A DNA stretch of 64,000 nucleotides from Nanobdellati archaeon (GTDB taxonomy: Archaea; EX4484-52; GLR71): NCBI GenBank assembly GCA_019429005.1, contig JAHYJR010000001.1, positions 14,271 through 78,270 on the forward strand, given 5' to 3'. A program made the translations under genes and the position numbers. The notes under the pieces are model-generated. The model was not told the DNA's origin. It searched no databases and worked only from the letters and a program-made list of their open reading frames with translations. Positions 37,025-46,987 of this stretch are shown piece after piece. Within the stretch, counting starts at the first letter, position 1. Every line of letters starts with the position of its first letter.

Positions 37025-38191
37025 ATGCTTCATTTAAAACATAGAATCCAAAAAAACCAAATTGGAAAATATGCTATAATTGTTTTGATTTTTGCGTCAG
37101 CGGGTGCATTTATATCACCTATATATTCTCTTTTTATAAAACGCTTCGTTATCCAGGATAATCTAGTTGGAGTACTTATAAGTTGTGCAACAATCTTTGC
37201 TATATTTGCAAGTATCTTTTCAAGCAAACTTATCAAAAAATATGGTAAAATAAAGACATTGAAAACAACAACAATATCAGCATCACTACTTTATCTATCA
37301 CTAACATTAGTAAAAACCACCTTCAGTTTAACAATTATAGAAATATTAAGAACAACATCAATAACAATCGCAGCAATATGTTTAGGTCTTCTTATAAAAG
37401 ACATAAGTAAAAAATCAGAACTTGATAAAGCTGAAGGACTTACTTATGCATTCAGCAATATTGGCTGGTTTATCGCACCAATTCTAGGGGGGTTTCTAGC
37501 AAACATCTACGGTTTTGATGTGTTGTTCATAATAGCAAGCATGCTTATGCTAGTAACTGTAGTGGGTATAGATTCAAATCAATTTAAAGAACACAACTAC
37601 ACACATACAGAGATAAATCTCAAAGAAGATATAATTGCATATTTCACACATAATTCAGAATTAAAACATATCTATATAGTTAGTTTAGGACTTTCAATGT
37701 TTTACATCACAACTGTTACATACTTACCCCTAATACTTTCAGAATCAAACATAACAACAACGCAAATTGGTTTTATAATGAGTCTATTAATAGTACCCCT
37801 TCTTTTATTTGAATATCCAGTTGGACTATTCGCAAAAAAGCAGGGGGATCAAAAATTAATAACGCGTGGTTTTTTAATAATTACAATATCAACACTTGCG
37901 ATGTATGTATCATATAATAACACAACAATATTTATTATGTCAATGCTACTAGGTTATATTGGTGCAGCTATGATAGAACCATTAAAAGACGCATATTTCA
38001 TCAAAAGAACACCAAAAGAGCACACAACATCATTTTGGGGTGTATACAAAACATCACATCAGATAGGTTCTATAATAGGACCACTTATTGCATCTATTGC
38101 CATAACATTCATGACTCTAAATGGTATGTTCCTCATTTTCATCCCTCTATTCGGATATATAACATACATATCCTCAAAACTAAAGAATTAG
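37025..38191 (+). CDS. MFS-family transporter
   Basis: 12-TM topology with charged loops between TM2/3 (SKLIKKYGKIKT) and a central cytoplasmic loop. ATG at 37025 (ORF-track start 36929 overlaps the upstream gene). Confidence 0.5.
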   Translation: MLHLKHRIQKNQIGKYAIIVLIFASAGAFISPIYSLFIKRFVIQDNLVGVLISCATIFAIFASIFSSKLIKKYGKIKTLKTTTISASLLYLSLTLVKTTFSLTIIEILRTTSITIAAICLGLLIKDISKKSELDKAEGLTYAFSNIGWFIAPILGGFLANIYGFDVLFIIASMLMLVTVVGIDSNQFKEHNYTHTEINLKEDIIAYFTHNSELKHIYIVSLGLSMFYITTVTYLPLILSESNITTTQIGFIMSLLIVPLLLFEYPVGLFAKKQGDQKLITRGFLIITISTLAMYVSYNNTTIFIMSMLLGYIGAAMIEPLKDAYFIKRTPKEHTTSFWGVYKTSHQIGSIIGPLIASIAITFMTLNGMFLIFIPLFGYITYISSKLKN

Positions 38192-38203
38192 AAATAACCA
38201 AAG

Positions 38204-39454
38204 TTAAATCTTGATAAGACGAACCTTTAATATCTGCATCGTGTCAACAGCTTCTATAATTGCAGTAAAACCAAATTCAGGAATATCTATTTTCTCATTT
38301 AATATTGGTATCCGTCCAAGACGATGTAAAATAAATCCACCCAAAGTATCATATTTAGGATCAACAATATCAATACAGTTTATACCCAATTCAACTTCCA
38401 AATCTTCCATATATATGTCACCATCTACAATATATGTAGAACCCTTAAGTTTTCGTATTTTTTTAAGTTCGGTATCTGTTTCATCATAAATCTCACCCAC
38501 AAGCTCTTCAAGTATATCTTCAAGAGTTACAATACCAGAAATACTTCCATACTCATCAACAACTAATGCAATATGAATTTGTTTTTTCTGAAATAATTTC
38601 AACAAAACACCAATCTTTTTTGTTTCAGGTACAAATATTGGTTTATGTAACATTTTTTTAAGATTAAAATCAGACTTTTTCTTCCTCAAATAATGAAGAA
38701 AATCGCGTACATACAATACACCTTTAATATTATCAATCGAATCTTCATAAACCGGTATTCTGGAATAATTAACAGTATCTATAAATTCTAATAAAGCCCT
38801 CTTTGATGTATTAATATCAAGACCCACAACTTTCATACGTTGAATCATTATATCTTTAACAAGAAAGTCATCAAAATTAAGCACACGATGCATAAACTCT
38901 TTTTCATCTTTTTTTATAGCACCTTGCTCAGCACTCATTGAAATAAATGATTTCAAATATTCCTCAGTAATCTTCTGTTTGTTTTCCATAGCACCATTAT
39001 TCACAAGAACCCCTGTTATCTTAAGTAACAACGCGCCTAAAGGATACATAAAAATTTCCAACAGAACAATTAACTTTGAAACGTGAAGAGATACATATTC
39101 TGAATGCTTAAGTGCATAAGATTTAGGAGATATTTCACAAAAGACTAAAATAATTAAAGTCATCACTCCTGTTGCAATACCAACACCAACTGAACCATAT
39201 AAACTAATTGCTATTGATGTCGCAATAGCTGATGAGCCTATATTAACAAGATTATTTCCAACAAGAACTGTAACAAGAAAACGGTCCGGATTTTGCTTAA
39301 GTTTATATAAAGCCTTAGCCCCACGAACATTCGTACTTGCAAGAAATTGTGCTCGAATCTTACTAACTGACACAATTGCTGTTTCAACACCTGAAAAAAA
39401 TGCAGATAATAATAAAAAAATAAACAGCAATACAAATGTAATTGCAAAACTCAT
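38204..39454 (-). CDS. CNNM/CorC-family (HlyC/CorC) Mg2+/Co2+ transporter: DUF21 TM domain + CBS pair + CorC_HlyC domain
   Basis: N-terminal DUF21 (FFSGVETAIVSVSKIRAQ), tandem CBS (DIMIQRMKVVGLD...RIPVY; IHIALVVDEYGSISGIVTLEDILEELVGEI) and a C-terminal transporter-associated domain. Confidence 0.8.
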   Translation of the reverse strand: MSFAITFVLLFIFLLLSAFFSGVETAIVSVSKIRAQFLASTNVRGAKALYKLKQNPDRFLVTVLVGNNLVNIGSSAIATSIAISLYGSVGVGIATGVMTLIILVFCEISPKSYALKHSEYVSLHVSKLIVLLEIFMYPLGALLLKITGVLVNNGAMENKQKITEEYLKSFISMSAEQGAIKKDEKEFMHRVLNFDDFLVKDIMIQRMKVVGLDINTSKRALLEFIDTVNYSRIPVYEDSIDNIKGVLYVRDFLHYLRKKKSDFNLKKMLHKPIFVPETKKIGVLLKLFQKKQIHIALVVDEYGSISGIVTLEDILEELVGEIYDETDTELKKIRKLKGSTYIVDGDIYMEDLEVELGINCIDIVDPKYDTLGGFILHRLGRIPILNEKIDIPEFGFTAIIEAVDTMQILKVRLIKI

Positions 39455-39483
39455 AACAAATCAAACTCAAATATACTTCGGTA

Positions 39484-40494
39484 TTAATGTTTATAAAATT
39501 TATCCTTGTTTTCCATTACACCTAACAAAATTATTTTTTTTACAGCTGCAATACCAATATCTTTTTCAGCAGAAACCTCAAAAACAGGTATTTTTGATAC
39601 AGATAGGTTTAATTCTTTCTTTAAATTAACTATAGATTCTTTTGAAGCCATATCTATTTTATTAATACAAATAATAAAAGGCAAATCAAACGTTTTATTA
39701 ATCTCACGATAAAGCTTTAATTGTACATTTAGAGGATACCCGCAAGTTTCTGACACATCAAACACAAAAAGTATTTTATTAGCAAGATATTTCAATGCTA
39801 AAACAGATCTCATTTCAATATCATTACGTTTTTCCATAAGCCTATCAAGAAGTCCTGGCGTATCAATAATTTGTATAGTCTTTTCCAAATTTCCAATCCT
39901 AATTGATCTTGTTGTAAATGGATATTTCTGTATATCTGGATTTGCACCTGTAATAGCCTTAAGAATTGAAGATTTTCCAACATTAGGTAATCCTGCTATA
40001 ACAATCGTTGGCATATCCCTTATATCTGGAAGCACTTTAAATTGTATCCTACACATTTCAATATATTCCATATCTCTACGAATTTGCTTCAAAACTGAAG
40101 CTAAACGACCATAAAACTGCGTTCTTAAACGCATTAAGTCTTGTGGTCTTGAACCTTTTATTTTTTTCTTATACTCTAACAAAAATTTCTCAAGAAATTC
40201 AAATGCCCATCTAATAGCAGCCATTGATTTTTTAAACTGATTCTTATCAACAATTAAAGAGATTAATTCATTATAAAATGGTGAAAGCATGTTTACCCTT
40301 GGAACCTTATCATGAATATTTTTAAGATATGTTACAACAACCATTGTAGATGTTTCTAACCGAATTAACTCTTTTAATCTCTTTTTCATGACAGGGTCTT
40401 GTGCGCTAACATTATCTGCAGCCTGCTTAGCCCTACGAAAAGCTTTATTCAATATTACATTATAATTTTCAACTTTAGGTATTTTAGGGATCAT
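39484..40494 (-). CDS. NOG1-family (Obg-like) GTP-binding protein
   Basis: N-terminal helical NOG1-like domain, then G1 GLPNVGKSS, G2 FTT, G3 DTPG. 336 aa, typical of archaeal Nog1 homologs. Confidence 0.75.
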   Translation of the reverse strand: MIPKIPKVENYNVILNKAFRRAKQAADNVSAQDPVMKKRLKELIRLETSTMVVVTYLKNIHDKVPRVNMLSPFYNELISLIVDKNQFKKSMAAIRWAFEFLEKFLLEYKKKIKGSRPQDLMRLRTQFYGRLASVLKQIRRDMEYIEMCRIQFKVLPDIRDMPTIVIAGLPNVGKSSILKAITGANPDIQKYPFTTRSIRIGNLEKTIQIIDTPGLLDRLMEKRNDIEMRSVLALKYLANKILFVFDVSETCGYPLNVQLKLYREINKTFDLPFIICINKIDMASKESIVNLKKELNLSVSKIPVFEVSAEKDIGIAAVKKIILLGVMENKDKFYKH

Positions 40495-40532
40495 AGACTC
40501 AACTTACACAGTTAATTTTAAAAGAGGATTTA

Positions 40533-41168
40533 TTATTTTTTATGGTTATACACATAATTTAAATTATTTTTAGAAACATAATCATTTGATACAAAAGACT
40601 TTAAAGAACTATCTGATACAATTTCATCAATACGACTTGGTATCCTTTGAAGATATTTATCTTGAAGATTAATGTAAGTATCCTGCACTCTTTCCAAAAT
40701 GGGTTTAATTGTATCTTTTCCAGAAAGATCTTCAATACGATTTTGAATATTTTGCTTCATCAAATAAATATGTTTTATAAAATCATTATCTGACACGAGA
40801 TTACAAGATGACTCGGGGTTTTCAATTACCATATTCAAATTAGCATTTAAAACTGAAATATCATTTACATCAACACATTTTTTATCCGAAACAACAACAT
40901 GACTTTTATGACTTGATAAAAAAACATCATCAAGACCCTGCAAATCAGCATCTGTTAAAACAATTGTGTTTTTAGAACCAATATCACCTAAATCATCACA
41001 AACATTAGATATCTGTTCAAATTCATTCAAAAGTTCTTCTAATGTTCTTTCTTTATCAACCCTTCTTGAATTTTGACTAAATTTTTCAGAAATAACTCCA
41101 AGAGAGAAAAAAACCGTAACAATTGACAATAAAGATATCAATAAAATAACACTAACCATAAATACCAC
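40533..41168 (-). CDS. Hypothetical N-terminally membrane-anchored protein
   Basis: One N-terminal TM (VSVILLISLLSIVTVFFSLGV), then an acidic soluble domain of about 180 aa. No homology recognised. Confidence 0.35.
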   Translation of the reverse strand: MVFMVSVILLISLLSIVTVFFSLGVISEKFSQNSRRVDKERTLEELLNEFEQISNVCDDLGDIGSKNTIVLTDADLQGLDDVFLSSHKSHVVVSDKKCVDVNDISVLNANLNMVIENPESSCNLVSDNDFIKHIYLMKQNIQNRIEDLSGKDTIKPILERVQDTYINLQDKYLQRIPSRIDEIVSDSSLKSFVSNDYVSKNNLNYVYNHKK

Positions 41169-41170
41169 AA

Positions 41171-41665
41171 TTATTCATTTTTTGTATTATCAATTAAAAG
41201 TGCATGCTTTTTAAAATCGATAAACATTTTTTTAAGATTCTCAAGTTCTTCATCATGCCCAATAGTTATTACTTGATCCTGTGTATTATTAAACTTTAAA
41301 TCAAACTCGGATATTTTAACTGTTAACGAATCTAATACAACCTTATGTTGTGCAACAACATCATCCAAAACATCAAGCTTCCCTAAATCAGAATTTGTAA
41401 CTTTAGCCATACTATCTATACTATTTTTAAATAAACCCAATTCTTTATGCATTGAATTAACTTCAATCTGAAGCTCACGTATATCTGATTGAACTTTATT
41501 TATAATATCAATAAGTACAGTATTTCGTGCCGCAATAGTCTTGTCTTCAACAGCAATTGTCTCAAGATTATTAAGCCGCTCATCAATATTTGTAAATTCT
41601 TGCTTATGCTCCAACTTATCCTTTAAATGTTTTATATGTTTATCAATATATTCCATAACAATCAT
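41171..41665 (-). CDS. Hypothetical coiled-coil protein
   Basis: 164 aa with heptad-rich segments; adjacent to and co-directional with 40533-41168 (3-nt gap). Confidence 0.35.
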   Translation of the reverse strand: MIVMEYIDKHIKHLKDKLEHKQEFTNIDERLNNLETIAVEDKTIAARNTVLIDIINKVQSDIRELQIEVNSMHKELGLFKNSIDSMAKVTNSDLGKLDVLDDVVAQHKVVLDSLTVKISEFDLKFNNTQDQVITIGHDEELENLKKMFIDFKKHALLIDNTKNE

Positions 41666-41755
41666 CCTAAAAACAAGTTATAATTATTTGTATACTCAAC
41701 TACATAAAGATTATATAATCCCTAACTATTATCACACCATAACAACCCTAATTAA

Positions 41756-43492
41756 TCAACTATCAAAATAACATTTGGCCGTATCTAATTTTTTAAGATG
41801 CCTCGATTTTATATTTTTTGCTTGATTAAAAAGACCCTCTTTTGAAGCAAATATTTCATCAATATGTTCATTTACTTTTTCTTTACCAAGGAATTTAGGA
41901 ATTATAACATAATCTGCACCCAACTCATACAATTTAAGTGAATCCTCAATTGTTATTGCCGTAAGAAAAACAACCGTTTCTTTAGATTTGGATTTAACTG
42001 CAACCAAAATAAATTTATTGTCTTCAAAATATGGTGTTGTTGAAACTACAAATTTTGCAGAATCAAAATTAAGTTTTTCAATAACTTCTTTATTCCGAAC
42101 ATCGCCATATAAAACATACATTTTGTGGTTTTTAAGAGTTTCATGATTTTCTTTTGAAAGATGTTGTACTATCTCAGGATTATAATCTAGAACAATTATG
42201 TCCTTACCCAAACTCTTAAGTTTCTCAAGTATACCGCTACCAAATAAATGACAACCAATAAGTACTGTATGTCCTGAAATGTCTTTAGACTCTACGATGT
42301 CATTTGTTTTGATTTTAAAAAAATTATCAAAATAATCTGAAATCCCTATCTTTGATAATAAATCAAAAAGAAAATTTCCATAACGTATCATATATGCACT
42401 TACAGAAATTGTGACAATTGCAACTATTGCTGTTATTGAAAAAAGTGTACTAGGTATAAGTCCTTGAACAACAGCAATCCCTGCAAGAATTAATGAAAAC
42501 TCACTAATCTGGCTCAAACTTACAGAAGTTATAAAAGCAGTCCTGAAACTATATCCAAATTTCATTGCAATTATAAAAATAATCAACGGTTTTACTATAA
42601 GTATAAACAATATAAGAGCTACAATTGGCCAAAACAAACCCATAATACCAGATGGCACAATTTGCATCCCAAGAGATACAAAGAAAAGTACAGCAAAGAA
42701 ATCTCTCAAAGAAGACATTTTGCTTATAATCTCAAGGTCATAAGGGTATGCTGCAAGACTTAAACCACCAATAAATGCACCAATTGCCATTGGAAAACCA
42801 ATCATCTCTGAAAGACCTATAAAAAAGAAACATGAAGATAATGCTGTTAAAAACAAAAGTTCTGTTGATTTATTTGCATAAGAAAATACTTTTGGAAAAA
42901 TATGAAATTTAAAAAACAATGCAAGAAGAAGAAGTCCAAACCCATAAATAAAAGTATAAACAAATTGAAAAGAATTTGTTGAATTAAACCCTAATATTAA
43001 AGATGTGCCCAATATTGCAAAAATATCCTGAATCAATAATATACCTATCATTATTCGACTTTCAAGAGTTTCAAGCAACCTCATATCACTTAGAAGTTTA
43101 ACTACAACCATTGTACTACTTAAAGACAGAATCATACCCAAAACAATAGATTCAATAATTGTAAACCCTATAAACTGTGAAAAGAAATAAGCAATAACAA
43201 AAGTTAAAATTACCTGAAGGGACCCACCATAAATCACAAAAGAACCTACATTCTTAAGTTTTTTAATATCAATTTCCATACCTACAATAAAAAGAAGAAA
43301 TATAACACCCAGTTCACTCAAAACGGAAATAATATCCCCACTAGTTATAATCCCAAGACCTATTGGTCCAAGAAAAACTCCAGCAAGCATATATACAGGT
43401 ATTGAAGGTTGTTTTAAAAAACGTGCAATAAAAGCAAAAAAAGTTGCAAAAATTATTATAACACCAATATCAAAAAGTAAAGCTCCTGCCAT
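41756..43492 (-). CDS. CPA2-family monovalent cation:proton antiporter (Kef-type) with a C-terminal RCK/TrkA-N domain
   Basis: Na+/H+-exchanger membrane domain of about 390 aa, then a Rossmann GxGxxG region (VLIGCHLFGSGILEKL) and an RCK C-terminal region. Confidence 0.75.
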   Translation of the reverse strand: MAGALLFDIGVIIIFATFFAFIARFLKQPSIPVYMLAGVFLGPIGLGIITSGDIISVLSELGVIFLLFIVGMEIDIKKLKNVGSFVIYGGSLQVILTFVIAYFFSQFIGFTIIESIVLGMILSLSSTMVVVKLLSDMRLLETLESRIMIGILLIQDIFAILGTSLILGFNSTNSFQFVYTFIYGFGLLLLALFFKFHIFPKVFSYANKSTELLFLTALSSCFFFIGLSEMIGFPMAIGAFIGGLSLAAYPYDLEIISKMSSLRDFFAVLFFVSLGMQIVPSGIMGLFWPIVALILFILIVKPLIIFIIAMKFGYSFRTAFITSVSLSQISEFSLILAGIAVVQGLIPSTLFSITAIVAIVTISVSAYMIRYGNFLFDLLSKIGISDYFDNFFKIKTNDIVESKDISGHTVLIGCHLFGSGILEKLKSLGKDIIVLDYNPEIVQHLSKENHETLKNHKMYVLYGDVRNKEVIEKLNFDSAKFVVSTTPYFEDNKFILVAVKSKSKETVVFLTAITIEDSLKLYELGADYVIIPKFLGKEKVNEHIDEIFASKEGLFNQAKNIKSRHLKKLDTAKCYFDS

Positions 43493-43941
43493 AATAACAC
43501 ATCAAAAATTAAAAATACAAATATACTATTTAACTATACTTTTTATTTAACTAAATTAATTTTGTGAGATTCTATTTATATCAATTTCTGTAAATTTTAA
43601 AAAAGATAAAGAGGTGAGAATATACACTTTTTTGATCATATGCATAAACATCACAAAAAAGTGCTTTGGTGGTTGAATGCCCAACTATTTTGGTGGTTAA
43701 AAAATAGTGTAATAAATATATTGTTTATTCTATTTATAATGTTTTCGGTTTTATCAACAGTAAACTATTTAAACACCAACCACTCAAATTGAAAATCAAT
43801 ATACCAAAACAAAATCAATTAAATAAAAATTAAAATAATAACACATAAAAATTCATAAAATTATAAAATTTATAATATAAATAAAAAGAAACATAATCAT
43901 TCTTTTAGTATTAAAAAAATATGTAATTTATAATCAATTAG

Positions 43942-45864
43942 GTGTATACTTTGCTTGAAATAAAATATAGAGATGCTGCTGGAAGGGTCTGTGATTGGAC
44001 TTTTGATAAATACAAAATAACAACACCAAATATAGCAATAGTTATAAACCCAAACAAAATGATAATACCTGCAAAAGAACTTAAAGAAAAATTCGGTGTT
44101 GAAATTATAATAACAAATGCATATATCATAAAAAAATCTAAACATGCTAACGAAATTGAAAAAATGGGTATACATAAATTCTTAGACTGGGATGGTCCAA
44201 TATACACAGATAGTGGAACATTTCAAATGTATTCAAAGGGCAAAGTTGATATCACACCAGATGAAACAATAGAATATCAAAAAAAAATAGGGTCTAATAT
44301 AATAACACCTCTGGATTTATTTACACTTCCTGAAGACAAAGAAGATATAGTCAAATCAAAACTTACTGAAACAATAGAGCGAATGAAAATTGCAAAAACC
44401 AAAATAACAGATAGTCTTTTTGTAGGACCAATCCAGGGTGGAGCCTATATGGATTTGCGAATCCTAGCAGCCCAAGAAACAAACAAAATAAAACCGGACA
44501 TATTTGCAATTGGTGGAATTGTACCACTGATGGAACAATATAGATACCGCGACCTTGTAAACACAATAATTAATGTAAGAGAAAACCTATCGCTTGACAG
44601 ACCATTACATGCTTTTGGTGCGGGACATCCAATGATGTTTTCACTTCTTGCAGCGATTGGTATTGATCTTTTTGATTCTGCTGCATATGCTCTATATGCC
44701 AAAGGCGGAAGATATATGATGCCAGACGGTACTCGTAAATTAGCAGAAATGGAAGAACTCCCTTGCACATGTCCAATCTGTGCAACTACAAAACTTAAAG
44801 ATTTCACATTAGGAGATCTTACAAGACATAACCTTTATGTAACAATGGCTGAAATACGCGCAATCAGACAAGCTATGTTTGAAGGTCGACTTTTGGAATT
44901 TGCAGAACAGAGAGCAAGATCACACCCACATCTTCTCGATGGCTTTAAAGAAGCACTTAAATATAAAGAATATCTTGAAAAATTTGAACCTATAACTAAA
45001 AAAAGCGCATTCTTTGTGACGGGTCCAGAAAGCCTAGAAAAACCATCCGTATACAGATACAAAAAACGTATCAAAGAACGTTATGTTGCACCTAAACGAA
45101 AAAATGGTATAATTATAAACACATTCAAAAAAAATATAATATCTACAACAGATACACATTTTGTACTTATTAAATCGCCATTTGGTGTTGTTCCCGCAGA
45201 ACTGACAAATCTTTATCCAGCAGGCCAAACAGTTGCACTTAAAAATAATTATAAGATTATAGAAACTGCAAATAAAGAAAGTATCAAAGATTATGTGAAA
45301 TCAAATAAAGAGTCTTATTCAAAAATGACTATTATTGATAACAAATACGAAGAAGCTTGGAAAAAAGATGCGAAAGATGAAGAAAAAGATCATTTTCTCG
45401 AAATACGAAGTGTTCTTATGTTCCAATATGGAAAGAAAGCAATAAATATATTCAAAAACATGGATCTCGAACACGAAATATCTCTTGAAATTTCAAAAAA
45501 AACAAAACGAATCAGACGCGTATTAAATAAAGATAAACTCCTTGGAACACTCAGAGCAAGCGATGGACTTTTTATTCCATCCATTTATTGTGCAGAATTA
45601 ATCAAAAACTGTCTTGATTATCCAGATTATAGAGTTGTCATAACAGACGATGCCGTACCTTTTGTTAGAGATGGAAAAAGCGTTTTCTCAAAATTTGTAA
45701 AAGCAGCAGATAAAAACATACGACCTTATGACGAAGTTTTTATTGTAGACTCCAAAGATAATCTAATTGCGACAGGAAAAACTCTGTTGAACGGACAAGA
45801 ACTACTTGATTTCAATCATGGACTTGGAGTAAAAACTAGAGAAAGTATTAAAGAACAAAAATAG
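43942..45864 (+). CDS. tgtA: Archaeosine tRNA-guanine transglycosylase (arcTGT) with a C-terminal PUA domain
   Basis: TGT motifs DWDGPIYTDSGTFQMY, IGGIVPLM, HAFGAGHP, Zn site ELPCTCPICA...H, and a C-terminal extension of about 250 aa. 640 aa. GTG start. Confidence 0.85.
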   Translation: MYTLLEIKYRDAAGRVCDWTFDKYKITTPNIAIVINPNKMIIPAKELKEKFGVEIIITNAYIIKKSKHANEIEKMGIHKFLDWDGPIYTDSGTFQMYSKGKVDITPDETIEYQKKIGSNIITPLDLFTLPEDKEDIVKSKLTETIERMKIAKTKITDSLFVGPIQGGAYMDLRILAAQETNKIKPDIFAIGGIVPLMEQYRYRDLVNTIINVRENLSLDRPLHAFGAGHPMMFSLLAAIGIDLFDSAAYALYAKGGRYMMPDGTRKLAEMEELPCTCPICATTKLKDFTLGDLTRHNLYVTMAEIRAIRQAMFEGRLLEFAEQRARSHPHLLDGFKEALKYKEYLEKFEPITKKSAFFVTGPESLEKPSVYRYKKRIKERYVAPKRKNGIIINTFKKNIISTTDTHFVLIKSPFGVVPAELTNLYPAGQTVALKNNYKIIETANKESIKDYVKSNKESYSKMTIIDNKYEEAWKKDAKDEEKDHFLEIRSVLMFQYGKKAINIFKNMDLEHEISLEISKKTKRIRRVLNKDKLLGTLRASDGLFIPSIYCAELIKNCLDYPDYRVVITDDAVPFVRDGKSVFSKFVKAADKNIRPYDEVFIVDSKDNLIATGKTLLNGQELLDFNHGLGVKTRESIKEQK

Positions 45865-45887
45865 ATATAAACAAAATATAAAAATAA

Positions 45888-46913
45888 TCACTTATGCTCT
45901 ACAATATTCCGATATGCTGGAGAATATGTAACAATTCTTTGAGTTCCACTAATCAGATAATTATATGATGCGTTTACAACAAACTTATATGGTGTCAATA
46001 TAGGTACTTCACTAATAGGGGGTGCAAGAAGAACACAAGGAAGGTCTGTTGATTTATCTCTAAATATCACTTTTTTAGTCTTAGATTTGTCAGTATCACT
46101 TAAACGCAATTCAACACCCACTTGATTAAATAATTCAGAATCGCAAAGCTCACTTTTAGTAATTACATCAGGCAAAGTTATTGTTAAATCGCCAATATTC
46201 ACAAGACCAGTTCCAAAATTTCTAACAGTCACATACAACGTCCAATTTGAATCGGAAACTATAGGCTGTGGTTCTGCAGGTTTTAAATTTATTGCAACCG
46301 GACCATATGTCGCAATATTGCTCCCTGTTAAGGGTAGTTCTTTATCAGAATATTGCCTTTCTGAAAGTTCTTGATTACTTGCAAAATAAATATAATTTGT
46401 AGTGATTGCTTGAGCTGTATAATTCAGATAAAATGCAAAATCGCAAACATGTTCACCCACCATTATAGCTTTTTCAGATGGTGCTTTTAATTTCCATTGC
46501 AATTTTTGTACCTCACCCGGTTTGATATTCATCATACAAGACTTAGGAAAACCTACAACACATTGTTTTTTAGGTACAACACTAAATTCTGAAATTTTAT
46601 AAAGATAATTACAGTAATCGGTAAGAACACCGTCACCATCAAATTTGGATACGCCAGGTGCACTATCAGAATCTAAAAGATATGTTACAGGTACTTGACC
46701 AACATTTTCAATTTCCATCAATACTAAAAAAGGCCCATCAACAGGTATTTCACTAGAAGGCGTTACAACCAAACTATTTACTTTCAAAAGATCAGTACTA
46801 ACAATTTGTGTGTTTATATCTTGACCTCCACCTATACCAAAACAACCGCTAGTCATAAGTACAAAAAATAAGATTAAAAAAATAAAAAAAGATTTAAAAA
46901 ATTTAAATTTCAT
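45888..46913 (-). CDS. Secreted putative lipoprotein, 'SGC'-lipobox family (paralog 3)
   Basis: Signal peptide ...FVLMTSGC, LVLMEIENVGQVP, VTVRNFGTGL, C-terminal ASYNYLISG, same architecture as 24275-25237 and 25328-26284. ATG at 46913 (ORF-track start is GTG). Confidence 0.5.
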   Translation of the reverse strand: MKFKFFKSFFIFLILFFVLMTSGCFGIGGGQDINTQIVSTDLLKVNSLVVTPSSEIPVDGPFLVLMEIENVGQVPVTYLLDSDSAPGVSKFDGDGVLTDYCNYLYKISEFSVVPKKQCVVGFPKSCMMNIKPGEVQKLQWKLKAPSEKAIMVGEHVCDFAFYLNYTAQAITTNYIYFASNQELSERQYSDKELPLTGSNIATYGPVAINLKPAEPQPIVSDSNWTLYVTVRNFGTGLVNIGDLTITLPDVITKSELCDSELFNQVGVELRLSDTDKSKTKKVIFRDKSTDLPCVLLAPPISEVPILTPYKFVVNASYNYLISGTQRIVTYSPAYRNIVEHK

Positions 46914-46987
46914 ACACACACCAAATGGATAATTATTATAATAATACTATTATACACAGACATTAATAAAAATAACATAAGAGCTTA

